From Armatimonadota bacterium (GTDB lineage: Bacteria > Sysuimicrobiota > Sysuimicrobiia > Sysuimicrobiales > Kaftiobacteriaceae): 64,000 nt of DNA. Location: NCBI GenBank assembly GCA_037440005.1, contig JBBIUY010000007.1:37222-101221 (forward strand), read 5' to 3'. The notes beneath the pieces are model-generated. The model did no database searches and was not told the DNA's origin. It saw nothing but the letters and a program-made list of their open reading frames with translations. Of this stretch, positions 17,970-28,920 are shown one piece after another. A program made the position numbers and the translations under genes. The number at the start of each line of letters is the position of its first letter. The stretch's first letter is position 1.

Positions 17970-19475
17970 TCAGGACGACTGGCTCAGCAGGGGCGCGATG
18001 CGGCGGTTGACGGCGTTGAGGACCGCCTTGCCGGCGGCCTCAAAGACCATGTCGTCGATGGGCGCGATCCCCAGCAGCGACTCCTCGCCGCTGGGGGTCA
18101 GGAAGAGGACCACGGCCCACAGGGCCTTGCCCACCTCCGGGGGGGCCTGCTGGATGTCGTGGATGACCACCCCGTAGCCCGCGGGGAGGAGTTCGGTGAC
18201 CGCCCGCGCGGCCGCCTCGGCGGCCAGGAACAGGCGCCGTTCCTGGGCGTTGCGGCCCACGGCGCGCCCCACCACCTCCCGGTCTCCCAGGGCCAGTTTG
18301 ACCGTGGCGGTCGCCACCATCCCCGAGACGTCCAGGCTGGCGCCCTTGAGCCGGATGCGCCCGGTTCCGTCGGGGGCGGGAACGGGTATGGCCGCCGGCT
18401 GGGGGGGTTCGGCGGCCGGGGATGGGGGCGGCGGTTCCGGCGGCGGCGGGGACACCGGGGGTTCGGGCATCTGCAGCTCGTAGACCCTGGCGGGGAATTC
18501 GTCCAGGGACGGCTCTTCAGGCACCGGTGCGGCGGGGACAGGCTCCGAGGGCGCCTCTTGCCCGAGGGCCGGGGCGGCGGCCTCGGGCTTCTGTGCAGGG
18601 GCTTCCTCCACAAATTCCGGATACCAGGGCTCGGCCTGGACCTGGGGGACCCCGCCCGCGACCGCCGCCTGCTCGCCGGGGGCGGGAGCGGCTGCCACCG
18701 GGGCCTCCGCCGCCGGGCGCGGGGCCTCGGCGGGGGCCTGTGCAGCCGGCGCCTCCTCCGGGGGTGGCGGGGCGGACGGGGGCGGAGCCTCGGCGGCGGC
18801 AGCTGCCATCTCGGCGGAGATGATGACGGCGTCGACGACGGCGGCGGCCGCCAGCGGGTCGGCGTCGACCAGGCGGTCCACGGTGGCGATCCCGATGCGG
18901 CTGCGGGGCAGGCGGGCGCCGTCGGTCTCCAGGCCGGCGATCTCCACCTGCTGGTGGATCATGTCCACCTGCGCGCGCACCTCGTCCAGGGAGCGGACGG
19001 TCAGGATCAGAAAGGCATCCCCGCTGTGCCGACCGAGGCGGTCCCGCTCGTCCATCAGGCGCCGCAGGCGCCGGGCGATCTGCCGCAGGACCGAGTGGGC
19101 CGCCTTGTAGCCGTAGACGTCCATGAGCGTGTCCAGGCCGGCCAGCTGCACCACCATCACGTGCAGGTCGCTCGTCCGGGCCAGCCGGGCGGCCTCCTCC
19201 CGCAGGGACACCGACCAGGGCAGCCCCGTGATGGAGTCTTCCGTCGCGACGCCGGGCGGGGCGGGGGCCTGGCGCTGGGCGGCGTGGGCCTCCGCCGCCT
19301 TCTGCACCTGGGCGGGATCCACCCCCGGCGCGAACCGGGCCACCTCCTCGTCCCCATAGCACAGGAACAGCTGCAGCGGGGCTTCCAGGAGGTGGTAGCC
19401 GGGGGGCAGGGTGACCCCCAGGCTCCGGGCCGGGACATGCCAGCGCACCTTGTGGAACGGGGCCTCGCCGCTCAT
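17970..19475 (-). CDS. Degenerate GGDEF-domain protein with Pro/Ala/Glu linker and C-terminal alpha/beta domain
   Basis: DSITGL, DVYGY, GRHSGDAF, SRIGIA. Confidence 0.8.
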   Translation of the reverse strand: MSGEAPFHKVRWHVPARSLGVTLPPGYHLLEAPLQLFLCYGDEEVARFAPGVDPAQVQKAAEAHAAQRQAPAPPGVATEDSITGLPWSVSLREEAARLARTSDLHVMVVQLAGLDTLMDVYGYKAAHSVLRQIARRLRRLMDERDRLGRHSGDAFLILTVRSLDEVRAQVDMIHQQVEIAGLETDGARLPRSRIGIATVDRLVDADPLAAAAVVDAVIISAEMAAAAAEAPPPSAPPPPEEAPAAQAPAEAPRPAAEAPVAAAPAPGEQAAVAGGVPQVQAEPWYPEFVEEAPAQKPEAAAPALGQEAPSEPVPAAPVPEEPSLDEFPARVYELQMPEPPVSPPPPEPPPPSPAAEPPQPAAIPVPAPDGTGRIRLKGASLDVSGMVATATVKLALGDREVVGRAVGRNAQERRLFLAAEAAARAVTELLPAGYGVVIHDIQQAPPEVGKALWAVVLFLTPSGEESLLGIAPIDDMVFEAAGKAVLNAVNRRIAPLLSQSS

Positions 19476-19650
19476 GGGACGATGGGGTCCTCTTCTAGCA
19501 TACCCAAAATGTGCAGCAAACTCCCTGCCATTGCCATGGGAGCTTCGCCTCAGCGCACGGACGTTCGGCGGGGGGAGGGGGCCGGTCCGGCCGGGGGAGA
19601 GGAAGCCGGACCGGCCGCCCCCCGGCCTCCTCCCGGTCCGCCCCGGCGCC

Positions 19651-21201
<1,551 letters not shown>

Positions 21202-21258
21202 GCTCCACCTCCGGCTGTACGCGGGGATGTGCCCTCAGGGCACGGCGCGGATGGCTCC

Positions 21259-21264
21259 ATTATA
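21259..21264 (-). promoter_or_regulatory. -10 box TATAAT for pruA
   Basis: Exact TATAAT on the minus strand in GC-rich DNA, about 60 nt before the start. Confidence 0.55.
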
Positions 21265-21300
21265 AACCGTCGGCCCGGCGCGGGCGCGGCGGACGGCGTC

Positions 21301-22020
21301 CTACAGGGCGGCCAGGTCGGCCGTCCGCAGGAAGGCGGCCAGGTCGGCCAGCCGACCCGCCCGGTGCGCTCCCAGGGGCAGACCGGCGGGATTGACCAGG
21401 TGGTCGGTGACCAGGAAGGTGCGCATGCCCAGCTCCCGGGCCACGGCGTCCTCCCGGACGTCGTTGCCCGCCATCAGGCAGCGCTCGGGAGGGTGTCCGA
21501 TGGCGTCGCACACCTCCAGGAAGTACTCCGGGCGGGGCTTGCAGAAGTGCGCGGTCTCGTAGGTGGTGACCAGGGCGAAGGGCAGGTCGGCCACGCCGGC
21601 CCAGGCCATCCGCTGGCGGATGGCCACCTCGGCGAAGATGGGGTTGGTGGCCAGGACCGCCACCAGCCCGCGGTCGGCGGCCGCCTGCACCGCCTCCCGG
21701 GCGGCAGGGTCCGGGGAGGTCAGCGCCCGCAGGCGGGGGTACGTCCGGGCGTAGAACTCGGCCAGCCGCGGCGCGGCCTGCTCTTCGGTCAGACCCACGG
21801 CCGGGTAGAAGGCGGCGGCGAACACCTCCCGGACCGTCCGGGAGGGATCCCGGTTGTCCAGCATCGCCCGGGTCGCCTCCAGCAGACGGGCGACGAACCG
21901 TCCGGGCTCGACCAGGTCGGCGAACTCCTGCGCCAGCAGCCTGACGTACTCCTCCACCAGCCGGCGGGTGTCCACCGGCAGCAGGGTTCCGTCCAGGTCG
22001 AACAGGACCGCGGTGACCAC
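21301..22020 (-). CDS. HAD superfamily hydrolase
   Basis: FDLDGTL, ATNP, CKP, MAGNDVRED. Confidence 0.9.
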   Translation of the reverse strand: MVTAVLFDLDGTLLPVDTRRLVEEYVRLLAQEFADLVEPGRFVARLLEATRAMLDNRDPSRTVREVFAAAFYPAVGLTEEQAAPRLAEFYARTYPRLRALTSPDPAAREAVQAAADRGLVAVLATNPIFAEVAIRQRMAWAGVADLPFALVTTYETAHFCKPRPEYFLEVCDAIGHPPERCLMAGNDVREDAVARELGMRTFLVTDHLVNPAGLPLGAHRAGRLADLAAFLRTADLAAL

Positions 22021-22028
22021 GGCCCGGT

Positions 22029-22550
22029 CTACACCCCCACCCGCAGCGCCGCCATCACCAGAGCCTGGGCCAGGACGTAGGCGAGCCACCCCAGGGCCAC
22101 GACGGCCAGGGCACGCCAGGAGGAGGTGTAGTCCAGCGCCTGCCGCACGGCCACCACCGTGGCCGCCAGCATCCACACGGCGGCGACCGCAAACGCCAGG
22201 CCCCGCAGCGGCGGGAGGATGCCGGCGGCCCGCAGCACGCCCGGAGCGCTGGCGAATCCCAGCACCCGCAGCATCTGCCCCACGTCCGCCCGGGTCTGCG
22301 GCTCGGGCAGCACCCGCGTGCCGATCCAGTAGGTCAGGTAGGCCCACACGTACCAGGACAGCAGGGCCGCCAGCGACAGGACGACCAGCCCCACCACCCC
22401 TCCGCCGGCGATGCCGCCCACCCCCGCCGCCAGCGCCGAGAGGACGACCACCGTCGCCGCCTCCCGGGTGAGGCCGGGGTCGGCTTCCACCTCCTCGTAC
22501 AGGTGCGGGTCCAGCCGGGACGCGCGGACCATGCGGTCGGTCAGGGCCAT
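22029..22550 (-). CDS. YIP1-family membrane protein
   Basis: MALTDRMVRA, LYEEVEAD, several TMs, LGFASAP, VAVRQALDY. Confidence 0.75.
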   Translation of the reverse strand: MALTDRMVRASRLDPHLYEEVEADPGLTREAATVVVLSALAAGVGGIAGGGVVGLVVLSLAALLSWYVWAYLTYWIGTRVLPEPQTRADVGQMLRVLGFASAPGVLRAAGILPPLRGLAFAVAAVWMLAATVVAVRQALDYTSSWRALAVVALGWLAYVLAQALVMAALRVGV

Positions 22551-22778
22551 GCTCTCTCCCTCCGGCGCGTAATCGGATCCTGCCGGGAACGGATTCGCGC
22601 CCGCGGCCGGGTTTTCCCGGGGGTCGGGCCGGCTTTGGGGAGGGATCTCACCGCGGGCGCGCTGGCGGCAGAGGCAGGCAGCAGCTGGATTCACGCACGG
22701 AGGACCGGACAGGACAGGGCAAACGCCCGGGAGGCGTGAGGTGGCAGCACCCGCAGAGGACCCGCCTGACGCGCCCGG

Positions 22779-22870
22779 TGGCGGAGGGGGTGGGATTCGA
22801 ACCCACAGGGGCCTGCTCGGCCCAGCGGTTTTCAAGACCGCCCGGATCGCCGGATTCCCTGCACCCCTCC
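22779..22870 (-). tRNA. tRNA-Ser (anticodon UGA), long variable arm, encoded CCA
   Basis: Acceptor GGAGGGG/CCCCTCC, anticodon arm GCGGT-CTTGAAA-ACCGC, T-arm GTGGG-TTCGAAT-CCCAC, G73-CCA. TATAAT at 22881-22886. Confidence 0.92.
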
Positions 22871-23078
22871 GTCTGCGCCCATTATACCCCCGACCCCCTC
22901 ACACATCGCGGGGCGACCTTCAATCGGGACTTTCCCCCTGCCGGGCCGCAGGGCTCGCCGGCCTGCGAGGGGTGCGCTTGGCGCTCCGGCGGCGCCTGCT
23001 ACAATGGCGTCGTGGCCGGAGTTGTGGCGGCTGACGACCCACGCGAGCCGCCCGGGGACGTCTGGCCGGGGAGGAGCC

Positions 23079-23660
23079 ATGGACGACGCGCAGACCATGA
23101 CCGTCCTGCAGGCGATCACCACCCGCCGCAGCATCCCCCAGTTCAGGCCGGACCCGATCCCCCGGGAGGCCGTCGCCCGGTGGCTGGAGGCCGCGGTGTG
23201 GGTGCCCAACCACCGCCTCACCGAGCCGTGGCGGTTTTTCGTCCTGGGCGAACGCAGCAAGCGCCGTTTCGCCGAACTGCGCCGGAACTTCCGCGCCTCC
23301 CAGCTGCCCGACCCCCACGCCCCCGAGGTGCAGCCGGCCCTGCGCAAGCTGGTGGAGGACACCCTGGCCACGCCGGTCATCGTCGTCGTCGTCTCCGCCG
23401 GCCACGACGATCCGGAACTGCAGGAGGAGAACCACTGGGCGACGTTTGCGGCAGCATACGCCTTCATGCTGGCCGCCTGGAGCGAGGGGGTGGGGACGTA
23501 CTTCCGCACCGGCGGGCTGCGGGACTACCCGCCCCTGCGGGAGTTCCTCGGCCTGCAGTCCCACGAGCGCGTCATCGGCGTGATCTACGCCGGCTACCCG
23601 GCCGCCGTGCCCCACAAGCGCCGCACGCCGGCAGCGGAAAAGACCATCTGGCTTGATTGA
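23079..23660 (+). CDS. Nitroreductase family protein
   Basis: RBS GGAGG. AITTRRSI, PNHRLTEPWRF, MLAAWSEGVGT. Confidence 0.9.
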   Translation: MDDAQTMTVLQAITTRRSIPQFRPDPIPREAVARWLEAAVWVPNHRLTEPWRFFVLGERSKRRFAELRRNFRASQLPDPHAPEVQPALRKLVEDTLATPVIVVVVSAGHDDPELQEENHWATFAAAYAFMLAAWSEGVGTYFRTGGLRDYPPLREFLGLQSHERVIGVIYAGYPAAVPHKRRTPAAEKTIWLD

Positions 23661-23761
23661 GGGTCGATAGACATCCCCGCAAGAGGCGGATTTTGGGGTC
23701 AGACGCCGTTTGTCGTCGTCCCGCGGGTCCGCGCGCCGCCCGGCCGGCTATACTGAACTCG

Positions 23762-24811
23762 ATGTCAACCGTCGCCGACACCACCGTGCTCGTCGACCGC
23801 CTGGTGGAGGAGATCCGGACCGTCGCCGGAGGCCAGCCGGTGGTGGTGGCTTTCAGCGGCGGACTGGACAGCACCACCGTGGCCGCCCTGGCCAAGCGCG
23901 CCCTGGGCCCGGACCGGGTCCTGCTGGTCACGGTGAACATGGGAGCTTACAACTACCGGCGCGCCAACCAGATCGTCCTGGAGATGGCCGAGCAGCTGGG
24001 GCTGCGCCAGAAGTGCCTGCTGGGCCAGTTCGTCCAGCACCGGGTGCAGGCCGGCGGTCCGGCGTGCAACCGCTGCACCCGGGAGATCAAGCTGGGGATG
24101 GTCCGGGCCGTCGCCCGCGGCCGGCTGGTCCTCACCGGCGCCAACCGTTCCGACACCTGGGGCCAGCTGGGGGTCAAGGTGTGCAACGGCTACTACTCGC
24201 CGCTGCTGGACCTGGACAAGCCGCAAATCCGCGCCGTCGCCAGCGCCCTGGGGCTGCGGGTGCCCCGGATCGGCGAAAGCCCGGGGCTGCGGCGGGAAGG
24301 GTGCAAGCTCAAGCACCTGCTCAAGCCCCTGGTCAATCCCGACTACCATGGGCGGGCGGTGGCGGAGGCCAACGAGATCCTGCTGGAGACGCTCCACCGG
24401 GCCGGCTACAACGCCGCGCTGGCCAACGTGAAGATCATCGGGCCGCTGCGCCGCAACGTGGCCCTGGTGAACGTGCTGCCCCCGCCGCCCCCGGACCTGG
24501 CCCGCCGCCTCGCCGACAGCCTGCGCGCGCTGGACGTGCTGGACGAGGTGCGGCTGGTGGACTGCCCGCTGACCCTGGTGGTCAAGGCCGGCCCGGCGCT
24601 GGCCGGGGACCCCCACGCCCGCTACTGGATCGAGCACGGCCGGCTGCGGCCCGATTTCGCCGCCCCCATCTCGGTGGAGTGGCTGCCCAGCCGCAACGCG
24701 CGCCTGCACACCTTCCACGTGGTCGACGCCCGGCCCACCGAAGACCGGAGACCGGAGATGGGGGACGCGACAGCGGACCGCGCCCTGCAGGCCGCACCTT
24801 CCGCGATCTGA
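23762..24811 (+). CDS. PP-loop (N-type ATP pyrophosphatase) protein, ExsB/LarE-like, Cys-rich
   Basis: VVAFSGGLDS, CNRC, TGANRSD, SPLLDLDK, REGCKLKH. Confidence 0.8.
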   Translation: MSTVADTTVLVDRLVEEIRTVAGGQPVVVAFSGGLDSTTVAALAKRALGPDRVLLVTVNMGAYNYRRANQIVLEMAEQLGLRQKCLLGQFVQHRVQAGGPACNRCTREIKLGMVRAVARGRLVLTGANRSDTWGQLGVKVCNGYYSPLLDLDKPQIRAVASALGLRVPRIGESPGLRREGCKLKHLLKPLVNPDYHGRAVAEANEILLETLHRAGYNAALANVKIIGPLRRNVALVNVLPPPPPDLARRLADSLRALDVLDEVRLVDCPLTLVVKAGPALAGDPHARYWIEHGRLRPDFAAPISVEWLPSRNARLHTFHVVDARPTEDRRPEMGDATADRALQAAPSAI

Positions 24812-25001
24812 CCGGCATCTCAGATCCGGTATCCGGCATCAGGGAGGCCGATCCCTGATCGCCGATCCCGGATGCCCGGTGCGGACCGGGGCATCCCGGG
24901 GCGTCCCTCGCCTGCGTGTCACCCACCTGAGCGTCCCTCCAAGCGGGGACTTGCTCTTCCTTCCCGCGCAGCCTACCTCCTGAAGGCTGGGAGGGCACCC
25001 C

Positions 25002-25700
25002 GTGGCGCTGTCCGGTGAGCAGCGCGCCTTTCTCGCGCAGGTGCGCGCCTTCATCCCCCGGGCCGAAGCCGCCGGCGTCCCCGGCGCGGTGATGGTCGCC
25101 CAGGCGGCGGTGGAGAGCAACTGGGGCCGCAGCGGTCTGGCGCGGCTGGGAAGGGCCCTGTTTGGGGTGAAGGCCACCCCGCAGTGGCCTGGGCCGGTCT
25201 ACTGCGGCACCACCCGCGAGTGGACGTCCCGCGGTCCGGTGGTGATCTCCGGCACCCACCGGGTCTACGCCAGCTACCACGACGCGGTGGCGGCCGGATG
25301 CCCGCCCGGCGCTCTGTTCCGGGCCTACGCCGGTCTGGAGGACAACGTCGCCGACTACCTGGCCGTCTTCCACCGGTCGGCCCGGTTCCGCCCGGCTCTA
25401 GACGCCTACGCCCGGACCCGCGACCCCCGCCGGTTCGCGCGGGAGATCGCCCGGGCCGGCTACGCCACCGCGCCCTGGTACGGCGCCGTCCTGGTGGCGT
25501 TCATGGAGCGCCACCTGCCCGACCTGCTGCCGCCGCGCCTGGTGGTGCGCTGGAACGGGGTCTCGCTGCCCGACGGCGCGGTGCGGTGGGAGGAGGGCCG
25601 GGTCTACGTCCGCCTGCGGGTGCTGGCCGGCATGCTGGGCCTGCGGGTCCACTACGATCCGTCCTCCCGCACAGTTCTGGTGACGGAGGGAGAACCATGA
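25002..25700 (+). CDS. GH73 glucosaminidase/FlgJ-like peptidoglycan hydrolase with C-terminal stalk-like domain
   Basis: AQAAVESNWG, LFGVKA, FRAY, GYATAPWY. C-terminal GRVYVRLRVLAGMLGLRVHYD. No signal peptide. Confidence 0.85.
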   Translation: MALSGEQRAFLAQVRAFIPRAEAAGVPGAVMVAQAAVESNWGRSGLARLGRALFGVKATPQWPGPVYCGTTREWTSRGPVVISGTHRVYASYHDAVAAGCPPGALFRAYAGLEDNVADYLAVFHRSARFRPALDAYARTRDPRRFAREIARAGYATAPWYGAVLVAFMERHLPDLLPPRLVVRWNGVSLPDGAVRWEEGRVYVRLRVLAGMLGLRVHYDPSSRTVLVTEGEP

Positions 25701-26248
25701 CCATCTCGGGAGCCCTCATCGAGGCCGTGGTCAACCTCCTGCGCGGCCTGGGCCTGCTGCAGGATCCGGCCCAGGAGGTGCAGGTGCGCCGCCAGCTGGC
25801 CGACCTGGAAAAGACCCGGGCGGACGTGTGGGTGGACTTCGTGCGGGCCACCACGCCCGACGCCGAGCGGGTGTACGTGTGGGCCAACAGCGTCATCGCC
25901 CTGGTGCGTCCGGCCATCTCGGCGCTGATCGTCGTCGCCATGGTCGCGGCGCCCTCCCGGATGCTGGAGCTGGTGCGGACCTTCGGGGACGCGGGGCCGG
26001 CGGGCTGGATCGTCATGGCGCCGCTGCTGTGGTGGTTTTTCGGCCGTGACGTCACCAAGGTCCTGGCCATCCGCTCCGGCGGCCTCATCCCCGTCGGCAG
26101 CGGCGCCGCCAGCCCGCCCAACCGGGAGGCGCTGCGGCGCGAATCCCAGCAGCGGTGGGAGAGGATTGACCGCCTGATGGAGGAACTCTCGGACAGGATC
26201 GGCGAGCCCGACCTGTCCCCCGAACTGGTCGGGCCCGGAGACCGCTGA
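25697..26248 (+). CDS. Putative holin (GTA-type 3TM holin-like)
   Basis: ATGA overlap with the hydrolase, N-terminal helical region, LVRPAI + TM, TM ending WWFFGR. Confidence 0.65.
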   Translation: MTISGALIEAVVNLLRGLGLLQDPAQEVQVRRQLADLEKTRADVWVDFVRATTPDAERVYVWANSVIALVRPAISALIVVAMVAAPSRMLELVRTFGDAGPAGWIVMAPLLWWFFGRDVTKVLAIRSGGLIPVGSGAASPPNREALRRESQQRWERIDRLMEELSDRIGEPDLSPELVGPGDR

Positions 26249-26300
26249 CCGCGGCGTCAGGACCGGCGCAGACAGGTCCGGAGGAGGTGGCGGGACGACC

Positions 26301-26756
26301 ATGTTAGTGGCGGGCCGGGTGGTCAGCCTCCAGGTCGTCCGGGAGCACGGACGGCCTGTGGACGCCGTCTTCCAGGTGCGGGCTGTGGTGGGATCCGGGC
26401 TGGACGGCGACGTCCACGGCAAGGCCCGAGCCGGTACCCGGCGGCAGGTGCTGCTGGCGGACGCCTCCGTGCTGCGGGAGCTGGGCCTGCGCCCGGGGGA
26501 CCTGCGGGAGCAGATCACCGTGGACCTGCCCGGGTTGGACGCCCTGCCGGCCGGCACCCGCCTGCGGATCGGCCAGGCGGTGGTCGAGCTCACCGGCCCC
26601 TGCGAGCCGTGCACCCACATCGGCACCCTGCTGGGCGTACCCGACCCCCGGCAGTTCCAGCAGCGCCTGGCGGGCCGCCGCGGCCAGCTGGCGATGGTGG
26701 TGGCCGCAGACGGCGAGGGCCTGATCCGGGTGGACGACCCCGTCACCGCCGCCTGA
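26301..26756 (+). CDS. MOSC domain protein
   Basis: GLDGDVH, RQVLL, GDLREQIT, LTGPCEPC. Confidence 0.88.
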   Translation: MLVAGRVVSLQVVREHGRPVDAVFQVRAVVGSGLDGDVHGKARAGTRRQVLLADASVLRELGLRPGDLREQITVDLPGLDALPAGTRLRIGQAVVELTGPCEPCTHIGTLLGVPDPRQFQQRLAGRRGQLAMVVAADGEGLIRVDDPVTAA

Positions 26757-26844
26757 TCCGATCCCCGCAAGGGTCTCCCCTTCCCGCGCAGAAACGGAAG
26801 CACGGTGGCCTCGCAGACGTTACACGGGGAGGGCGGGTCCGTCC

Positions 26845-28170
26845 ATGTCGCTGCGCGAGCAGGATCCTGACGTCTACCGTATCCTGGAAGCGGAGCGCCG
26901 CCGCCAGCGGGAAGGCATCGAGCTGATCCCCTCCGAGAACTACGTCTCCGAAGCGGTGCTGGAGGCCATGGGCACCGTCTTCACCAACAAGTACTCGGAA
27001 GGCTACCCCGGCCGGCGGTATTACGGCGGCAACGAGCACGTGGACGAGATCGAACGCCTGGCTCAGGAGCGGGCCCGGGCGCTGTTCGGGGTCCCCCACG
27101 CCAACGTCCAGCCCTACTCGGGCAGCCCCGCCAACCTGGCGGTCTACCTGGCCACCTGCCAGCCCGGGGATCCCATCATGGGCCAGAACCTGCCCGACGG
27201 GGGGCACCTGACCCACGGCTGGAAGGTGAGCGTCACCGGCACCTACTACCGCAGCATCCCCTACCACGTCCGCGCCGACGGGTACATCGACATGGACGAG
27301 GTGTGGGCCCTGGCCCGGGAGCACCGCCCCCGGCTCATCTGGTGCGGGGCCACCGCCTACGTGCGGGAGTTCCCCTTCGAGGAGTTCGCGGCCGTGGCGG
27401 AGGAGGTGGGGGCCTACTTCGCCGCCGACATCGCCCACGTGGCCGGTCTGGTGATCGCCGGGGTGCACCGCAGCCCGGTGCCCTACGCCCACATCGTCAC
27501 CACCACCACCCACAAGACCCTGCGCGGCCCCCGGGGGGCCATGATCATGGTGACCGAAAAGGGCCTGCGCAAAGACCCCGAGCTGGCCGACAAGATCGAC
27601 CGGTGGGTGTTTCCGGGGCTGCAGGGCGGTCCCCACGACCACATCACCGCCGCTATCGCCGTCGCCCTGGGCGAGGCCATGCAGCCGGCGTTCCGGGAAT
27701 ACGGGCGGCAGGTGGTGGCCAACGCCCGGGCCCTGGCCTCCGGCCTGCTGCGCCGGGGATTCCGCCTGGTCACCGGGGGGACCGACAACCACATGATCCT
27801 GGTGGACCTCACCCCCACAGGTCCGGGGCGGGGCATCTTCCTGCAGGAGGCCCTGGACCGGGTGGGGATCACCGTCAACAAGAACACCATCCCCCGGGAG
27901 CCGTCGTCGGCGTTCTACCCGTCGGGGATCCGGCTGGGCACTCCCGCCGCCACCACCCGGGGCATGCGGGAGCCGGAGATGGAGTGCCTGGCCGAGTGGA
28001 TCGCCGCGGTGGCCGAGGAGATCGAGGAGTTCCACCTGCCCGACGACCGCGACCGGCGGGCGGCCGTCCTGCGGGAGTTCCGCCGCAGCCTTCAGGACAA
28101 CCGCCGGCTGGCCGAGGTGCGGGAGGAGGTGCGGGAGCTGTGCCTGCGTTTTCCGGTCCCCGGCACCTAG
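26845..28170 (+). CDS. glyA: Serine hydroxymethyltransferase
   Basis: ELIPSEN, NKYSEGYPGRRYY, GGHLTHG, TTTTHKTLRGPRG, GGTDNH, SGIRLGTP. Confidence 0.97.
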   Translation: MSLREQDPDVYRILEAERRRQREGIELIPSENYVSEAVLEAMGTVFTNKYSEGYPGRRYYGGNEHVDEIERLAQERARALFGVPHANVQPYSGSPANLAVYLATCQPGDPIMGQNLPDGGHLTHGWKVSVTGTYYRSIPYHVRADGYIDMDEVWALAREHRPRLIWCGATAYVREFPFEEFAAVAEEVGAYFAADIAHVAGLVIAGVHRSPVPYAHIVTTTTHKTLRGPRGAMIMVTEKGLRKDPELADKIDRWVFPGLQGGPHDHITAAIAVALGEAMQPAFREYGRQVVANARALASGLLRRGFRLVTGGTDNHMILVDLTPTGPGRGIFLQEALDRVGITVNKNTIPREPSSAFYPSGIRLGTPAATTRGMREPEMECLAEWIAAVAEEIEEFHLPDDRDRRAAVLREFRRSLQDNRRLAEVREEVRELCLRFPVPGT

Positions 28171-28202
28171 GGACGCGGCCCCGGCGGGGCGGGTGAGGCG
28201 GC

Positions 28203-28868
28203 GTGCCCCTGCGCGGCAAGCGGCTGCTGGTGACCTCCGGCCCCACCCGGGTGGCGCTGGACGCGGTGCGCTACATCACCAACAAGGCCACCGGCCGGCT
28301 GGGGGCGCTCATCGCCGAGGAGGCGGTCCGCCGCGGGGCCCAGGTGACCTACGTGTACGGCCGGGGCAGCCAGACGCCGGTCCTGCGCGGGCCGCGGGTG
28401 GACCACCTGCAGCTGGTGCCCGTGGAGACCGTGGACGACCTCATCGCCGTGTTCCGCCAGGAACTGCCCCGGGGCTATCACGCGGTGATCCACCCCATGG
28501 CGGTCCTGGACTTCCAGCCGGACGCGGTGCGCCCCTACAAGACCGGCTCCCACGTCCAGGAGTGGATCGTGCGGCTGGTTCCCACCCCCAAGGCCATCCA
28601 GCTGGTGAAGGAGCTGGCTCCCGACACCTTCCTGGTGGGATTCAAGCTGGAGATCGGCAAGACCCCCGAGGAACTGCGGCAGATCGCTTATGACTTTCTG
28701 CGGCGCAATCGCTGCGATCTGGTCATCGCCAACGACCTCCGCGAGATCGAAAGCGGGCGGCACATCGGCTACTTCATCACCCCCGACGGCCGCATCGCCC
28801 AGATGCCCATCGGCAAGGAGGCCATCGCCCGGGCGCTGGCCGACTACCTGGACGAGCGCCTGGACTGA
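28203..28868 (+). CDS. coaB: Stand-alone phosphopantothenate-cysteine ligase (CoaB-like)
   Basis: VTSGPTRVALDAVRYITNKATGRLG, MAVLDF, LVGFKLE, VIAND. Confidence 0.8.
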   Translation: MPLRGKRLLVTSGPTRVALDAVRYITNKATGRLGALIAEEAVRRGAQVTYVYGRGSQTPVLRGPRVDHLQLVPVETVDDLIAVFRQELPRGYHAVIHPMAVLDFQPDAVRPYKTGSHVQEWIVRLVPTPKAIQLVKELAPDTFLVGFKLEIGKTPEELRQIAYDFLRRNRCDLVIANDLREIESGRHIGYFITPDGRIAQMPIGKEAIARALADYLDERLD

Positions 28869-28920
28869 CGCCGCGCCCCGGGACCGGCGGCAGGTCCCAT
28901 GGCGCGCCAGGACATGCCGG

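Noticed and set aside
22779..22870. tRNA as tRNA-Sec
   Set aside because: The anticodon is UGA (Ser), not UCA, and the acceptor stem is 7 bp.
26757..26844. ZTP or THF riboswitch before glyA
   Set aside because: No recognisable aptamer consensus; the short region is explained by a promoter-like motif.
23000..28900. Prophage around the endolysin-holin pair
   Set aside because: Flanks are housekeeping genes, with no structural or integration genes and no tRNA-Ser duplicate seen.
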